Assembly: GCA_002633005.1 (NCBI GenBank)
Contig: NMRA01000530.1
Coordinates: forward strand, 51,706 to 115,705
Length of the DNA: 64,000 nucleotides
Direction of reading: 5' to 3'
Source of the DNA: Phoronis australis
Lineage: Eukaryota; Animalia; Phoronida
The notes under the pieces were generated by a model. It made no database searches and was not told the origin of the DNA. It was given only the letters and a program-made list of their open reading frames with translations. This document shows positions 24,501 to 38,787 of the stretch, piece by piece (the first letter of the stretch is position 1; every line of letters begins with the position of its first letter). A program made the position numbers and the translations under genes.

Positions 24501-27500
24501 ATTATTTTATTAATTCAGTGAAATTTTCCAAGTAATTCTCTTCTTTAACACAACGTCTTGTTCTGATCGTCTGCTCAACCTACTGGCGGTTCAGTACTGC
24601 TGTAATACAAGTTGCGGAAGGCTGTTTGCCAGATTTATTTGATGTTAAAATTGTTCCGTATGTTGATTACTTTATAATTGCTGCCATTTTACATGGAATA
24701 CACACAGACGTTATAAGTTCAAATTTCTTCGCAAATCCGCAACGACATATAAAAGATGCTGCCGCTTAGCCTTCAAAAGAATCGTATAAATTGCGCGTTT
24801 TAAATTAGATAGTTCACGCGATATGTATAAATATCGGCCGATAAAATAACCCACAGTTATACTACAATATCAGCCTCGAATGGCCAACGACAATTAAATA
24901 ATTCATTTAGTTATTTAAAGGCGTTAAATAACATTTTGGCGTAAAACCGAGGCCGGTTTCGAACACGCTTCGCAAGAGTTTCGAGTCGTCGACTTTACGT
25001 AATGGGGCTGCTGTATTGTAAAAGGTCTATTAAATTAACAACTGGGGTCTGCTATGACACCGTATGTTGATGTTTTTCATCAACACAGGTATTTTAGATA
25101 AAAAATTAGTTATTTTGGCACTATAGCAGGCCTTTAATTGCACGCATTCGAACACGGAAAAACTTTTCAAGTAGATATCGCTTGCAATACCGCAATAACT
25201 GTGTCAAGTGATCCTTGAATTATAAATGTTCAGGAGACGAATTTATGTTATATATGCAATTTAATTTTTTATTTTTTCAAGCGGGCGTATGGCATGGCAA
25301 TGCTATTATAAGCACAATGTGAGCTCGCAAAGTGATTCGCCCTTCACCTCACAACACGTCAGTCTCATGTCTTGTCCTTCCTTTTTTGGTCCGTTCTTCC
25401 GTGACAAGGTCCGTTCTTCCCGTCGACGACGTGAGTTTCAAAGTGGAACATAAGGCCTGAATGTGTTGATGAATTATTTTGCTAAATTTCAATAAATTAG
25501 AAAAAAGCTTTCACGAATAAACGTTTCCAGTATTCATTTTATTGCTTTTATTGCTTATATAGTGTGACGTAATGTTTACTTTTTGGACCCAGAAAAAAAC
25601 TTGAAATTCCAAAATTAAAAACAAAAATAACAATTTTCTAAGCACTTGGAAAATTGTTGACCTGGTCATGGACCTGGTCAATCTTAATCCTTCTGAACTC
25701 CCCGGGAGCATACAATGGGTGTAACCGTTGTCCTAGCACATCGATTAATCCAAACACATCATTTGATAAAAAAATTCAAATGCAAATTACCCCGTTAATA
25801 CCTGAATCGGGGAGAAATCCAAAACCTGCATTTTTTGAGAATTCGATATGACTGTGCATCTCTATTCCACAGTGAGTTAAATCGTGTCATATTAGTAACA
25901 GATACCTCATCATTAAACACCAAAACAATACTTACCTGTGCTTAACGCGATTATTCTCTCCACCTCTCTTATTGCCACAATTTTATACTGGGGAAGTTCT
26001 ACTTGGTCGGAAATCTTTACCTTGGTGTCATTATCCTGTTTCAGCCAAGTGTATATTATTTCCTTGGCTGAATATCCGTCTGAAAATTATAAGAGAATTG
26101 CATTTGTTATGAAAAGAAGGACGAAGTATTTTAATAATTGAAACCCTTCATAGAAGCAAATGCTATCACCAAGAGCAACAAAAAGACATTTTAGGGGAGA
26201 CATCAGCCTCGGGTCGAACTCAAAACAATGCTTTTCTCATCGGAATTACAATAACGCGCACGAGAGCTTGATTTTTCCCTCGTCCTCAACCGGCGACGTT
26301 TCCCCGAGAGTTTCCATTTATCACTTCGATGTGAAAAATGAAATGTAGTTTTTTAGATGAATGTTTGCGATGGGAGAGTACTCTAGCGTCAGAAGCGTGA
26401 TGCAATACTTTTTTCTTGGTCTCACAAATTCCAAGGAATATAATGGGAGGGATGATACTAATGATAAAATTTTGCTGAATCCCGCGTCTTGCCAAATAAT
26501 GGATAGAACCAAATTTCATACCGGACTCAAGCATTTTCAATCTCTATACATGTCCTTGAAAATAGCGACTGTACATGCTATTCAAAACTTAAAAATCAGG
26601 TTCCACTTGATTTTCTTCGACGGCTTAGTCAGGCTAACGCTTCTAATTGGTTCTCGATTTTTTGCTTTAATGACGTTTGACATAGTTTTACTGGGAGAGT
26701 GAATCAAGTGCAGCAGTTTTAAGTGTCGTTCGAAGTTAGGCAAGAAACATGTCTCATGAAAATCAACGTAAATATGTGTTTCCAAATAGAATAAAACATC
26801 ACCACGGTGAAACACAAATCTACATCTAAGTTGATGCTCCGCCATTTTTAGATCTACCCTCTACCCGACTTCCGGTAGCTGTTCAACGTGCATGTTTTGT
26901 AAGGATTCACTCACGCTAAGTGTCGTGTGCAACGATTATGAATATCAGACGACTTACAACTTTCGATTTCTAACGTGCAGCGCTGAGTGTCCATCGGAAA
27001 GAATGTCAGGTCAAGGTAACAAAAAGCCGTCACCGTGAGTCTGAAATATACCAAAAGTGATTTGGTGAAATGTCACACAAACGATTCATCATGTTATCTA
27101 TATTTATTCTGTCTGGTGGTTGGACATTCTTTCAGGGACAGGCTAGTCTTTACCAAATCGGTATGTTAGAACAAATTTGGAAAATCACGCAGTCCAGTGG
27201 CTATAGGTAGAATTATTACCGCCCGAGATGTACCTTAGCTAGCGCCCCCCCCCTCCACCTCTGTGGCCACCATTGCCGTGCTGTCGCCAGGACGTCGACA
27301 TCAGTGTTTTGCCGCCCCTACTCGTTTTTGCCGTCACCCTATTAATAGGTCCGATAACCAAGGCTAACTTCCACAGAAACAAGAATCTTGCAAATAAAGC
27401 TAGTGAAATTTTGTGCTTTGCTTGTAATGGATGGCGATATTTGGCGAAGACTTCTCAAGTAAGATCTCCTGCTTTTCGTGAAATGGATAGCGATATTTCG

Positions 27501-30500
27501 CGAAGACTTGTATGGTCTTGCGTTTTCGCGAGGTTATTGCATCTACTGAACTAGCACTGGTTGCCTTGTTTCCCCAGGCTGTACCCTGATCGACTACAAA
27601 AAATACCTCTTATCGTCACTAATTATCCGATTACCAAATTCCCTAAACTTTGATAAGTATTTCTCCCTACAATTTCCCTTTAACTGTAGCAAAATAATCA
27701 TTTGCTCTTAACGCTAGATAAAATCGTAATATGCATTTTTATTTACGTCAATTTTAGCTTAAAACCTTAGTCTATGTGACTACACGCTCAGAAAAAGCGA
27801 CTAAGTCACGAGCGCTCCCAAGTACATGCATCTCCTATGGACATTTCAAGAGAATGGGTCTTTTTAGATCTAACCACCTCGAACTGCATTTTACAAGTCC
27901 CCAAAAATTTGTATTACTTGAATAAATCTTACCTCATACTAAAAAACACGTTGCCGTCGCTACCAATGCGTATAAACGCGTTCTTAACCGTTGTGAGATG
28001 TGTCTTTGAACTTTTGGCGTTAGCGAAGAACGTATCCGGCCACCAGATGGCATCCAATACCTCGTTCGATATAGTTAATTGGTCTTCCATTCCCTTGAAC
28101 CTCAGCCGTGGGTCGTCCCATACTTGACGGAGGTAGAAATCAACAGTGTAATCCTGTAATACGGGGTTTGAAACACCACTGAAATGTTATTGTTGCTCTA
28201 ATGCAAGACAACTGACAAGGTGAGGCCGCCCTATAACATACGAGCCCCCCATTTGGCGAAGTGAGTAAAAATGTCCGCCTCAGAGAAACAAAAGTCTGAG
28301 ACAATGGGACAAGAGTCCACTAAAAAGGCGCAGATGCACAGTTCACAATTCTGAAGGTGCAAAAGGTCCACTTTGTCACAAATTCGAGTCCCCCCATATT
28401 AAAGGATGGGTGCGCGCATGTATATGAGACTACAAATGCTCGGGCACTAGTTGGTGAAGAGAGATATGATGCATTCTGTAGAGTTAATCACTTGCACGTT
28501 AAGCGAGATCACACAAAGTCTTGAAAACCACATAAGTCACCGAAAGGCGAGTTTTTCGCGAATAGAATAAATGCGTCCATTCTCTTAATTAGGAGGGTGT
28601 CCACGAGACAATTAGTCATTGAGTTAACACTGAAGCAATATAACATATTGCCATAAACTTCGGTACTGACAGAAGTTGCAACCGGTCGAGCCGAATTAGT
28701 CTACAGTGAACACAACCATGATAACAGCGCGTATTTGTAGAGAACATTTCGTCGGTTTTTATACATTTGCAGCAAATCTTGGGACTGAGATCGCCAGGGC
28801 AAAGTTCAGGAATTTTTAAAAACCTGAATTACTGGAAAACGTACATAAGTATGAAGTATACAATCTTCACAATTGATGCTTAAAGGTAGGCGAAGAAATG
28901 ATTCATTAAGAACGTGAATTGAAGGCACTCCTTGCCAGAAACGCAATTTTGTTTGAAATAGTTCATGTTGGTGTTAAATTGTGCCACCCAAGTACAGCAA
29001 GTTCAAGTTACACGCCGGGCAGCCGATAATGAACAGTTCACATGGAACTACAGGCGGAAACTTGTCCAACGTGAGCTCAACCGTGCAGATAGGACTCGTG
29101 ATGACCAATTTTGCATAACGGAAAACGTGTTACCCAAGTACAGCAAGAAGGTGTAAAACAAAAGCTTTCCTATAATTCCGCTTTTGCTGCTTGGCGATAG
29201 TTTTCTTAAGAACGGGCGTTGGATTCTTGGTTTCCCTTTGTTTTATCTATTTTGTACTTTGTGAAATGCATGAACGCTCGCCATGAACATGTATATTTGC
29301 GTTGCTCTTTCACTCAATTATTCGCACATAAGCGCGCGCATTCTCAACACCATCGAGGTGCAACATGAGCAAAGACGTTTAGTCATAAGACGCATTCAGC
29401 GACCTACTGCTAAAACGTCCACACCAACCAATAAGTGTAACATCAAGCGAGAACTTTCCAGGTTCACAAATAGAGTAGTGATGTTGTAAGATCTCTTCTG
29501 GATTTTAATGAAGAGTATTGCTTGGTTTTAATATTGATTCAAATTTTGATTTCGTGATCATAAATAATTCAAATTCTAAATGCAGGTAAGCTAACACTAT
29601 AGACCTGGGTAGAGATCACAGCAGAGGTTGGAAATCGCCTTCTATAAACTTGAACTATTTCTTGTTTCATAAAAAAAATAATTGCAGGCGGTCTGATACA
29701 CGTTGTACCAGACGTGCGCAGGCCTTGCATATGGGCCCATTGCACTGATCACCTGGAAATATTTTTATGCTTTATTAATATATGGTTAAAACCGAGCTGA
29801 GGAGCTAGAAACCTGGCTCAAGGGTTTAGCAGTGTGAACTTGTTTCATAGGCGCGGCACAGTTTATTTAATGCAAGATTTTGACCGACCTTTGAAAGTGT
29901 TGGTGTTTGAAATATTCGGCGTTCTTCTGGCAATTTTTAAAAAATTATGACTCAAAAAACTTTCAAAATACGAAGGTGATATCGACACGTATATTTGGCT
30001 GAAGATTCATCGGCATGACGACATTATCGACTTCGTGACCGATGTTCTAGAGAGCCATTAAACTAATATTTAACTTACCATGTCGACTTCCGATATTGAG
30101 CTTATGCTTGAAACGTGCATGTTCAACGATACCTGAACAGGTGGTCCTGTCGAAAGAAAACGCAATTGATAAAATATCAGTCTTCTACAGAACCGATAAA
30201 ATTCAAATGTCTATGAAATGGGACAACTTGACAAGACATTTATTTGCATTTGATTTCGACACGCAAATGAAGTTAAAAAAAACATCCTGTACGCTGACCA
30301 AGCTGCAGTTTTACTCATGGATAGCATTTGCATTCATGACAAACCACGGGGACGGACATAGCCCGCTTCAATTGCAACCATCCGGGGCACCACGTTACAG
30401 CACTGACTTAGGGCACAGTTCGGTGACATGTGACAGATCGTTTTGGCCACAAAGCTAGTTCTTAAAAACACTTAGTAACTTACATCCCATTTTGTATTCA

Positions 30501-33500
30501 CATCACTGCAATACGTATCATTCCAACTAATCACAGATATTCCCTGCTTCCACGGAAGTATGTCGCCAAGTGTCGCGAGCTTGCGAAAATGAGGCTGGGC
30601 GTTCCGCTTGCATCGTCTGGGTGCAGCGCAAATACAACGCAGTCTCTCAATAACTTTTTACACTCGCGACGTGGTGGTGATCCGGTAAGACGGTATTAAA
30701 TTACTTGGGGTATAGAACTGAGTTGAGCTGTCTCAACATGTAATGTGAACTCAAGGTTTTAATTTATTATGACATGAATTTATCCTTATTCGATCATTAC
30801 TAACTTTACGAATTTCAACGCATAACTGGTCGTGTCAAATATTGTTTGAGACTTGACACTGGCAGACTTTCTTTTCAGGGAGTAAAAACCCTGAACGACA
30901 CCGGGAAGAACGAGTTTGTGCAACGTCACAAAGGGCTATTCCTGCAGCTTGTTAAATGTTGCGAGTGTAAAAAAAGTTACTGAGAGACTGGGACGTGTTA
31001 GCTGGATGAGCGCAGTGCGAGTTCATGGTGATGGCACTTCCACGATTAACCATTGATTTTAGACATCAGATTCGCAACTCATCACTTTCGAAGGATTCTG
31101 CGTAATTGCTATCACCAGACTGAAACTAGCTCCTCTCCAACATGCATGGCGAAAACCAACGTGGCAACTAACGGGAAATTGCATACGCTCTCGTCGCTTG
31201 TTTCCAACCCAACCCATTTTACGATTACGAGTTACTCGGATTGTTAACATTTTAGTTAATTTCTTAAACAATGCAGCGTAATGAACACGAGTAACCTGAT
31301 CGACCCTTGCACTACACAATCACCAAGTCACTGACAGAAGTACATGTACAATTAAATGACAATTAAAATAATATCCAGCTGCATGTCACCAGATTACGAC
31401 GGCCACATGGGCATTTTTGAAATTGTGTAGTTTTAGTTTTGTTGTTAAAACTACACAATTCAGGGAAGGGATTGCCAGATTAGACAAGCGACCCTGATAT
31501 TTCAGCGTAGAATCCCGCTACAGTGTAGCATTCGCTGGTGGTGATTTGGCGAGCTATCACACACAGGTAGCTTACAGCGAAAAGTGAGTGTAAGACAAAC
31601 GAGCAACACGTCGCTGTGAACGATAAATATACATGTGTAGTCGTAAGCAAAATGCGATTTGAGATTGGGAACTGTCATTACTACCACAAACAGGAGAAAT
31701 AACGTCTTTGACTGGACACCTAGTTGTAATGCATTTTTCACTTTGTGTTCGCCGCAACCACTAAACCAGGTCGCCGACACATTGAGCCGACGCGATACAA
31801 TATTAAGCCAGAGACTGCGATCTTTAATTCGTAAAATATCATATTAAATTTGCGTCTATGACCACTTCTAATGGTATGAATCAGTGGCGGATGTAGGGGG
31901 GCCAAGGGGGCCATGCCCCCCCCCCCTAAAATTCTACCAGATACCATTTGGCAGTTCAGGTGGGAAATGCTGAATAGCACATGCGCGCAAGCAGGGGTGC
32001 TCGAGGGGTGAATAAACAATGCATAGGCCCTAAAAAAACCCGTTTACCGTTTTTTTAGTCAGAAGATCCCCAAATTCAAAAATTTCGAGGCCCCTACATC
32101 CCTACATTTTAGGCTGGACGCACACGTCTGCCGAATTTCTGGTTATTCCTGTGCCCTGGCATCCCCCTAACTCAAAATCCTGGATCCGCCCCTATGAATC
32201 CATTCCTTTGTCAGTTGAGCATCGCTAGGAAACGTATAAAAAACATAGGTCATTTATAGATGGCGCGAATGTGGAAGTAGAGAATATGTGATTAAAGCAT
32301 ACACATTACACTTTAAGTCTGGACAATTTGGATGTTGGCTAAAAACCCCTTAAACCTGAGGGAACACCATGTTTAGTATGATTAGTAACCTGTTCACGAA
32401 ACTGGTCTCAAAGTCCCTTGATCAAACTGGAGGTGATCCTTGTGTTTTGGATACCAGGCTTTGCAAACTGCAACACCAGAAATCATTTCTCATCTGAATA
32501 AGGACCAGAGCCCAATCTCATAGCAGGAAAGGCTCTAAATCAATAGTTTGATGCTTAGACGGATCGCGACTTATAGCCGCTTTAAAACCTCGATTTCAAA
32601 TCTAAGCCCTCATTTCTAATTCTTTGTACTAGGTGAAGATTCACGTTAACTTAATTATTACGTACCATAGAAGTTGGGTCTCAATCGTTTGTCATATCCT
32701 TCGAGAAGGGAATTGAGTTGATGCGTGAGATTAAGCAGTCGAAAATCTTGATAATCGTCTTCTCTGCAGAGGAAAAAATGTGCTATTAAAGTAGCATTAA
32801 ATCAGTGCTTAATGTCAAAAACAAATTTTGATTTAGGTTATTTTATCTCAGATTGTTGGTTAATCAAAACATGTAAAATATGTGTATTTCTGGACTTAGA
32901 AAGAACTCCCAAAATTTCAGGTCACACCGTGACCTAAGCGAGAGGCCTTACCCCTATGAAGCGCCAAACGGTTCTTTAACGAGTGTCTTACTGCGTGTTG
33001 AAATATATTTATTCAACGCGTACTGCTGCTTAATTAACGTGCAGTATTGCTTATTCATCGCGCTGAATTAGTTATTTGTCATGTCCAATCTAAGACATGT
33101 TTACAGCCAGCACGTACCGCCGCGAGAAGACAGCGCAAACGAAACATGGCCGCGGTGGAGCACAATCTTCGAAGCTGGCCTTGCACGCGTGTAGTGTCGT
33201 TGGCGAAGTGGGTGAACAATTACGCCGCAAATAATTACTTAGCGCTGGAAACTATTATTTACGCCCTGAAATTACGCTGCAACTAATTACTTCACTCCGC
33301 AACTAATTATTTTACTCCCTACGCACGTTATTTGACGGCGTGAAGTAAGTATTTGTGGCGTAATCTAAAGGTGTTAAGTAAATGCTTGCAGCATTCAGTA
33401 ATTATTTACGGAGTAAAGTAATTATTTTCGGCGTAAAGTAAATATTTAAGACGCAGAGTAAATATTTAAGGCGTAAAGTAAATATTGGAGGCGTAACTTA

Positions 33501-35657
33501 ATTATTTACGTGCGTAAATTACGCACGTAAATTAACTTTAATTAACGTCGTTAAAAGTTAATTTACGCCACAAATAATTCCTTTATGCCATTAAAACTCA
33601 ATTTACACCGCAAATAATTAATTTATGCCATAAATAAGAATTAATGTACGCACTCAATTTTACGACGACGCTTTCTCCCAACGGCCCATCATAGTATTGC
33701 AAGTCTTCCCTTATTTTGAGATTTGAGACCACGGACGGATGAAAGTACACGTTGAATTAGCAACAGTACGCGTTGAATATGAAATTCTGCGCGTTGATTA
33801 AGAACTTTGTTTAGGAACCATCTCAGCGCGTTGAATAATTAACACTACGTTATGAAAAAGCTTAAAATTAAATACGAGCACAGTTTGATACCTAGTTTAG
33901 ACCTTTCGACATCACTTTTCGGCTGAGGAGATGGCCAAAAATGACGGGATATTCTTCTCGAGCTGCACAACGGCTGTCAGAATTACACACGTCATATCAA
34001 CACCGTATCACCCTTATCACGCTATTTCTTGAGCTATAGACTAAAATATTGTTTTATACAATGTATTGTTTGTTTGGTAAAATGGGGGCTTAAAAACGCA
34101 GACGAAGGTGTGTCAAGAATGCTGCGTTCTGATTGGTCAGTTAAGCTGTCAGTCGTAATTGTGGCGATAGGTCAATTGTACGCTCGTGACACACGCACGC
34201 GCCATTTCCTAATCTTTTGCGACATCTCGCGGGAGCTAGATGATGACAGCTTCGCAGCAGCAAAATTTGTTCTGAACTTCAGTTTACTAGTATCAACATT
34301 CTAAAACTTATAATGAAGTCAGTTTTGATAATTTGTCGTGACGGGTACAAAACCTCGTGAACGAACAGCAGTTGATTGAAGAGGCGGGAAAAAGAAACTG
34401 GCCAATAGGTGACGCAACCTTTCATGGCTCCGAAAGCCTACGCCAAAAATCGCACCACAATTTTAGCCGCAGTATAACGATAGAACGCCAATTTTCCAAC
34501 ACCGGTAAACAATTTACATGTCGTTTACCCAAGAAAGATAATAATTTTTAATGACACTCAGTAATTTGTGTCAAGTTTTATCTGGTCATTTTTTTACCCA
34601 GAGAGGCGCAAAGCTGTATATCTACATTACAGCTTGCACCAAGGGTAGGGGTAACAGAGCTCAACACACAGTGATATCCAGCTGTATTTTGCGATAGTTT
34701 TCATTCAGCTATCTGACTGACTGAGTCATACAGCAGTATCACAAACAGGCATTGAAAACATTTTGTCCGGCGGTCATGATTAATCTATGGCGGTTTTATC
34801 TCTGTTTGTGGTTTAGCGGTCATGTTTTTAGGTGCATCTGTCCCATCTTGTGGTGCGGCGGTCCAATTTGATCCCCATAGTTCCTATTCTGTGGTAAGGC
34901 GATCCGATTTGGGAGACCGGGGGTACCGGTCATGTTGTTTCTTACCTGTGATATGGAGCTTTCGTTGTGTATCAAACATAAAACTTGACGAAGGAATAGA
35001 GATACAATAATAGAAAAAGGACAATCAGTGTTTTCGCAAAGTCCAGAAATGCGGTGGCATTGTTGGCAACAGCGGAGTCGATCTATTGGGACTTCTTTAT
35101 ACAACCAGACACACGCCTCCAATTAAATGTCAATTTGCTTCTCTCTTTTGAAAAAAAATAAGCCATCAACCATAACGTTTGTGTTTCATCAATCCCGGAA
35201 AACCCTGTTCAAGCGCAAAAGTTAGAATCCATGTTAACGCGAATTGTTACGGGATGATTTGACAACACAGATGCATTCGAAGCCAGTTTGCCCCCTTCCA
35301 TAAAACTAGTGCAAACTACTTCATATCCACTTGCTGTGAAACGCAGCTGGAACAAAGAAGCAATCCTTCTGTACAATACGAACATCTACCATCTTGCAAT
35401 GTACACGCAATGTTCAAGAGAGTTTCACAAAGACGATGCAGTATACGATGATAAAATTTTTCGATTTATGTTGATATCACCGTCTGGCATATCCAATGAT
35501 ATAATCCCAACAGACAACATAAAGCAACGTATTAATTACATGCTGGAACTTTTACTTACATGTAGCGCATCAAATCAATTCCGGCTTCGGCAGAATTGCA
35601 TGCTATTTGCAATGCTAACTGTATCCAGGTTGTGTGTATAACAAAACTGATTATCAT
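21514..35657 (-). CDS. Rdl: Cys-loop GABA-gated chloride channel subunit, Rdl-like, 499 aa, 8 coding exons
   Basis: Exons 35657-35560 (signal peptide MIISFVIH...NSAEA), 32763-32666 ([12 protein letters not shown]), 30146-30079 ([22 protein letters not shown]), 28153-27933 (DFYLRQ...WWPDTFF), 27040-26958 (Cys-loop [19 protein letters not shown]), 26079-25936 (GY...VELPQY...LSTG), 23499-23015 (M1-M3, PARVALG), 21816-21514 ([14 protein letters not shown]4). All junctions are phase-consistent, total 1500 nt. LPKISY.KSID and PSDIDKYSR resemble Rdl. The first exon is the least certain and has an upstream acceptor at 35697-35698. Confidence 0.9.
23796..24202. mobile_element. Harbinger-like MITE in an Rdl intron (second copy at ~22160-22570)
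   Basis: ~45-bp imperfect TIR GGCCCGGTCTCTAATCTTT...GAACTCGAAA with CAG flanks. Confidence 0.75.
24266..24429. repeat. Long near-perfect palindrome (~165 bp)
   Basis: ATAGATTATTAC...GTTATCCCCCTTATCTAGAGCCC..GTGGATTTT.GAGAATTATC is mirrored by GATAATTCTC.AAAATCCAC..GGGCTCTAGATAA.GGGGGATAAC...GTAATAATCTAT. Confidence 0.9.
29678..29834 (-). mobile_element. SINE family A, 5'-truncated copy in an Rdl intron
   Basis: Aligns to 5285-5422 throughout. Confidence 0.78.
30640..30990. mobile_element. MITE with ~30-bp TIR
   Basis: CAGTCTCTCAATAACTTTTTACACTCGC / GCGAGTGTAAAAAAAGTTACTGAGAGACTG. Confidence 0.7.
31882..32194. mobile_element. hAT-type MITE (CAGTGGCGGAT family) with a nested CATGCGCGCA-family MITE (~31980-32127)
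   Basis: TIR CAGTGGCGGATGTAGG / CCTGGATCCGCCCCTA, with TGAAT on both flanks. Confidence 0.75.
32950..33850. repeat. Foldback-like element: ~21-bp AT-rich subrepeats in both orientations plus long inverted repeats
   Basis: GGCGTAAAGTAAATATT-type units at 33340-33520, inverse TAATTTACGCC units on either side, and ATTCAACGCGTACTG (33011) inverted at ~33764. Confidence 0.7.
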
Positions 35658-38600
35658 ATTCAGGCCCACTGTGGTGAGAGCGTAGTGATGTCCTCCCTGC
35701 AAAAGATGTATTAATAGATGATGTTATGAATACAACGCATGGTGCTATCGCTGTCTCATCTTTGGGAACTGAAGATTAAATAGAGTGTGAAGCGCATTTT
35801 TCAATGCAATTTGGAGTCTTTACGGAAATCGATAACATCGTTTTGCTGTACACATATATGTGTATATGTGCATATATATGCGTGTGGTTTCACACGGACA
35901 CTTCATATAAAGTTTATATTCGCCTTGCCCATTTACAAAGGACACACAATTCGTGTTTGAAGGTGATGGTCAAACTCCCTGCTGTCAGAATGTTTCTTTG
36001 TTGTGTCTGCACTACAGAGATCACTATAGGTGAAACGATGCGCAACTCACGAGGCAAGGGTTTTCAAAATTAAGACTCACACCTTTCGTTCATGCACGCT
36101 TATCACTCAATTACCTGAAAATCGATTCATTACACTAATTAATATAATTATGAGATCCTTTCATTGCGTTAACTATCCAAATTCTACTAGTTAAGCAATT
36201 TCAATCGCTTCAGTCATTGCTCAAAGGAGTTCAAAACAGGTTTTGCCTAATCAGGTGTTTCATATTTACGCAAATTCCCGGGCCTAATTTGTGAAGAAAA
36301 GTTTATGTAGCAGGTATTTCTACATCCCACATGCAGTAATTAGATGGCTAGAAGCGCTGTTATAAAGTGTGGAAATGTTTTAAAACTCAGGGGAGTCACG
36401 TATGATTATGTGAAACCAAATTTCATGCCCATTTAGACTCCCATGCACAATAGCAGCTATACAGTCTCTGACCTGTACCTCTGCAGTCGGACACATTACA
36501 TAAAATAGGAGATTTGCTATACTTTTGTTAGGTCTGGCCATTTCAACTATTCTCTGTTATAGCAATTATGTTGTGTTAGTAAAAGGAACCGCAAAAATGA
36601 AAAGGTTTAGTTTCGTGATTGGAGACCATGTTTTACTATCTGATGTAAATACTCACAATCTCATAGTTTAAGAAAGAGGTCTCTCCTGGTTGAAGTTTTA
36701 CAGCGTGGTAACCAAATCGTGCATTCAATGTCTGAAACATGCGTAAAACAAAACTCTAATGTGTCTAAATTGAATACAGCAGCTTATGTTCTTTCATCAC
36801 AGTGGTGATTTTCTATGGAACACTACCTACCAGCAGCATTTTAGTGGCAGCGTAGACGAAGATACGAGATGAGCTGTGTTCCACAAGGGCCTCACCTCAT
36901 TGTCAGCCGCACGCAGCGAGGTAAAATGCTCACTGCATTCGTAGCAAACATCGTACGTGTAGTACACACTGTTGCAATGAGCAAATGGAGAGAGATTGGT
37001 TGTTGTCAGGTGATGCAACGATAAACACGCATTGGATACCACTTACATCTGGCTAACCACTAAACTAACGTCGCGCGAAATATGTGAGGATTTCCACTTA
37101 CTCGAGACATTCTGCTTCAGTAGTGTAGGTGTTTTACTTAAAAGTAACCGTTTGCCTTTGTACAAATTTATTGCATCTGTGTACTGACCTAGGTCTACAT
37201 GCCTGATGATTATGTTGAATAATATCGAAACGTCAATATGAAGCACAGCCTCGTGTTTTTGCTATTTAACATTTCACTAAAAGTAATATCCCGGAAGACC
37301 ACGCAAACTCGCGAATGTAATGCTAGTGTTTCAAAAGTGCTCCGGAACTTTTTGCCTAACACTACAAAAATGGCGCTGAGGTTTGAATGTCAAATTGATA
37401 GATTTCAGTGTTCCCTTTCATGAGCGAAGATTTCTTGGCACAAGTGCTTCTGAGTGTGTCTGGGGACTGCGGAGGGCAGCCAGTCACAAACTAATTCAAT
37501 GATACTCACATGTTTTACCTCTTCTTGCAATTTTAGAAAACGACGATTTTCTAATTAGAAATTTTACGAAATGTGGTATGTGCAACCTTCGCGACATACC
37601 TGGACAATAAAATAATTATCCTCTGTTCTGTTCGTGTTTTCTGCACAAGAATTAGCGATCCAAAATTAGAGAAATTTGTCAATAAAAAGACCACCTACAA
37701 AATGGAACCTTCGGCGTCTGTTTCCGTTTCCGCCATGATAAGATCTCGATGGTTGCTCTCGTTTCTATATCAACCAATGGTATTCGTGTAAAACTAGGGG
37801 TCATTAGGCTGACTTTTGGTCGCCTCTGACATCTTTTCAAAAGTCACCATACCAACTTTCGATAGTTTTACTCAACAATAAAATGGAATCGAGATCAAGA
37901 AAATGTTGACATTTCTGCATATGCATGTACTGCTGACTTCTTTCATTAAACGATTTTTGTCTTGGCTAAGAACTGGTACTTTGCTTCATTTAGGCCTTGC
38001 AACTACCACAGGTACGATTTTAATTTGCAATATTTGGGCAAAATTGCATTCCAAGGTTCAACAGCCTTGGTTCTCCCGGTGAATTGAACATAAATGTTTC
38101 ACCATGACTTCGTGTTGGTTGTCCATCGCTAGAAAAGAAACGACACCAAACCCGGTTTTGGTCTATTAACAAAAAATATGAAAAACAACTTTCACATCCA
38201 GTTCTCCGAAACAAAATAATGTTCTGTAATCCTCGATGACCCTAACATTTTCGGAGGAAGCTATGAAAACTTGTTGCGAAGTCTGGAAGATTGTCTGAAA
38301 TCGCCAAAATATGTTTTAATATCCTTTTAAAATCGTTCAAATCCTGCCTAGAAAAATATGTTGTTATTGGAAAGAAACTGCTGCTAATAAACAAATTATG
38401 CATGTCATAAATCGATGAAACTGCAGCTTTGATTTACTGTATCAAATGTTATGGGTTTATTATGGTTTATTTTTGTGAATGCAACGATATTTCATTGTGC
38501 CAACTTGATTCCAGTTCACACTATGCAACTTTTTAGCAGCATAAGTTGTCGTCTTATAATCTTCACAAAGACCATTTTTGTTATGATGAATGAGGTTTAA

Positions 38601-38699
38601 AATAAGAGAAACAGAATTTAAAATGAAGATGATTTTTTCTGAGTCCACTAGCCGTTAACGCACATGGCGCATTAAGAATCTTACACTAATTATAGCGGT

Positions 38700-38787
38700 G
38701 TTACTAGGGTGTCACTAAGTAGTTACTAGGGTGTCACTAAGTAGTTACTAGGGTGTCACTAAGTAGTTACTAGGGTGTCACTAAGTA
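38700..38787. repeat. Perfect minisatellite, 4 x 22 bp
   Basis: GTTACTAGGGTGTCACTAAGTA repeated four times with no spacers. Confidence 0.97.

Noticed and set aside
23500-32665. Mutually exclusive duplicate exons like insect Rdl exons 3a/b and 6c/d
   Set aside because: No paralogous exon was found by eye. The 60-nt AG..GT segment at ~30484-30543 shows no homology and has the wrong phase. A tBLASTn would be decisive.
34820-35122. Alternative Rdl first exon using the donor at 34945
   Set aside because: The required phase-2 frame contains a TGA. Exon 35657-35560 gives a better signal peptide and the correct phase.
38700-38787. CRISPR array
   Set aside because: No spacers, no cas genes, eukaryotic context.
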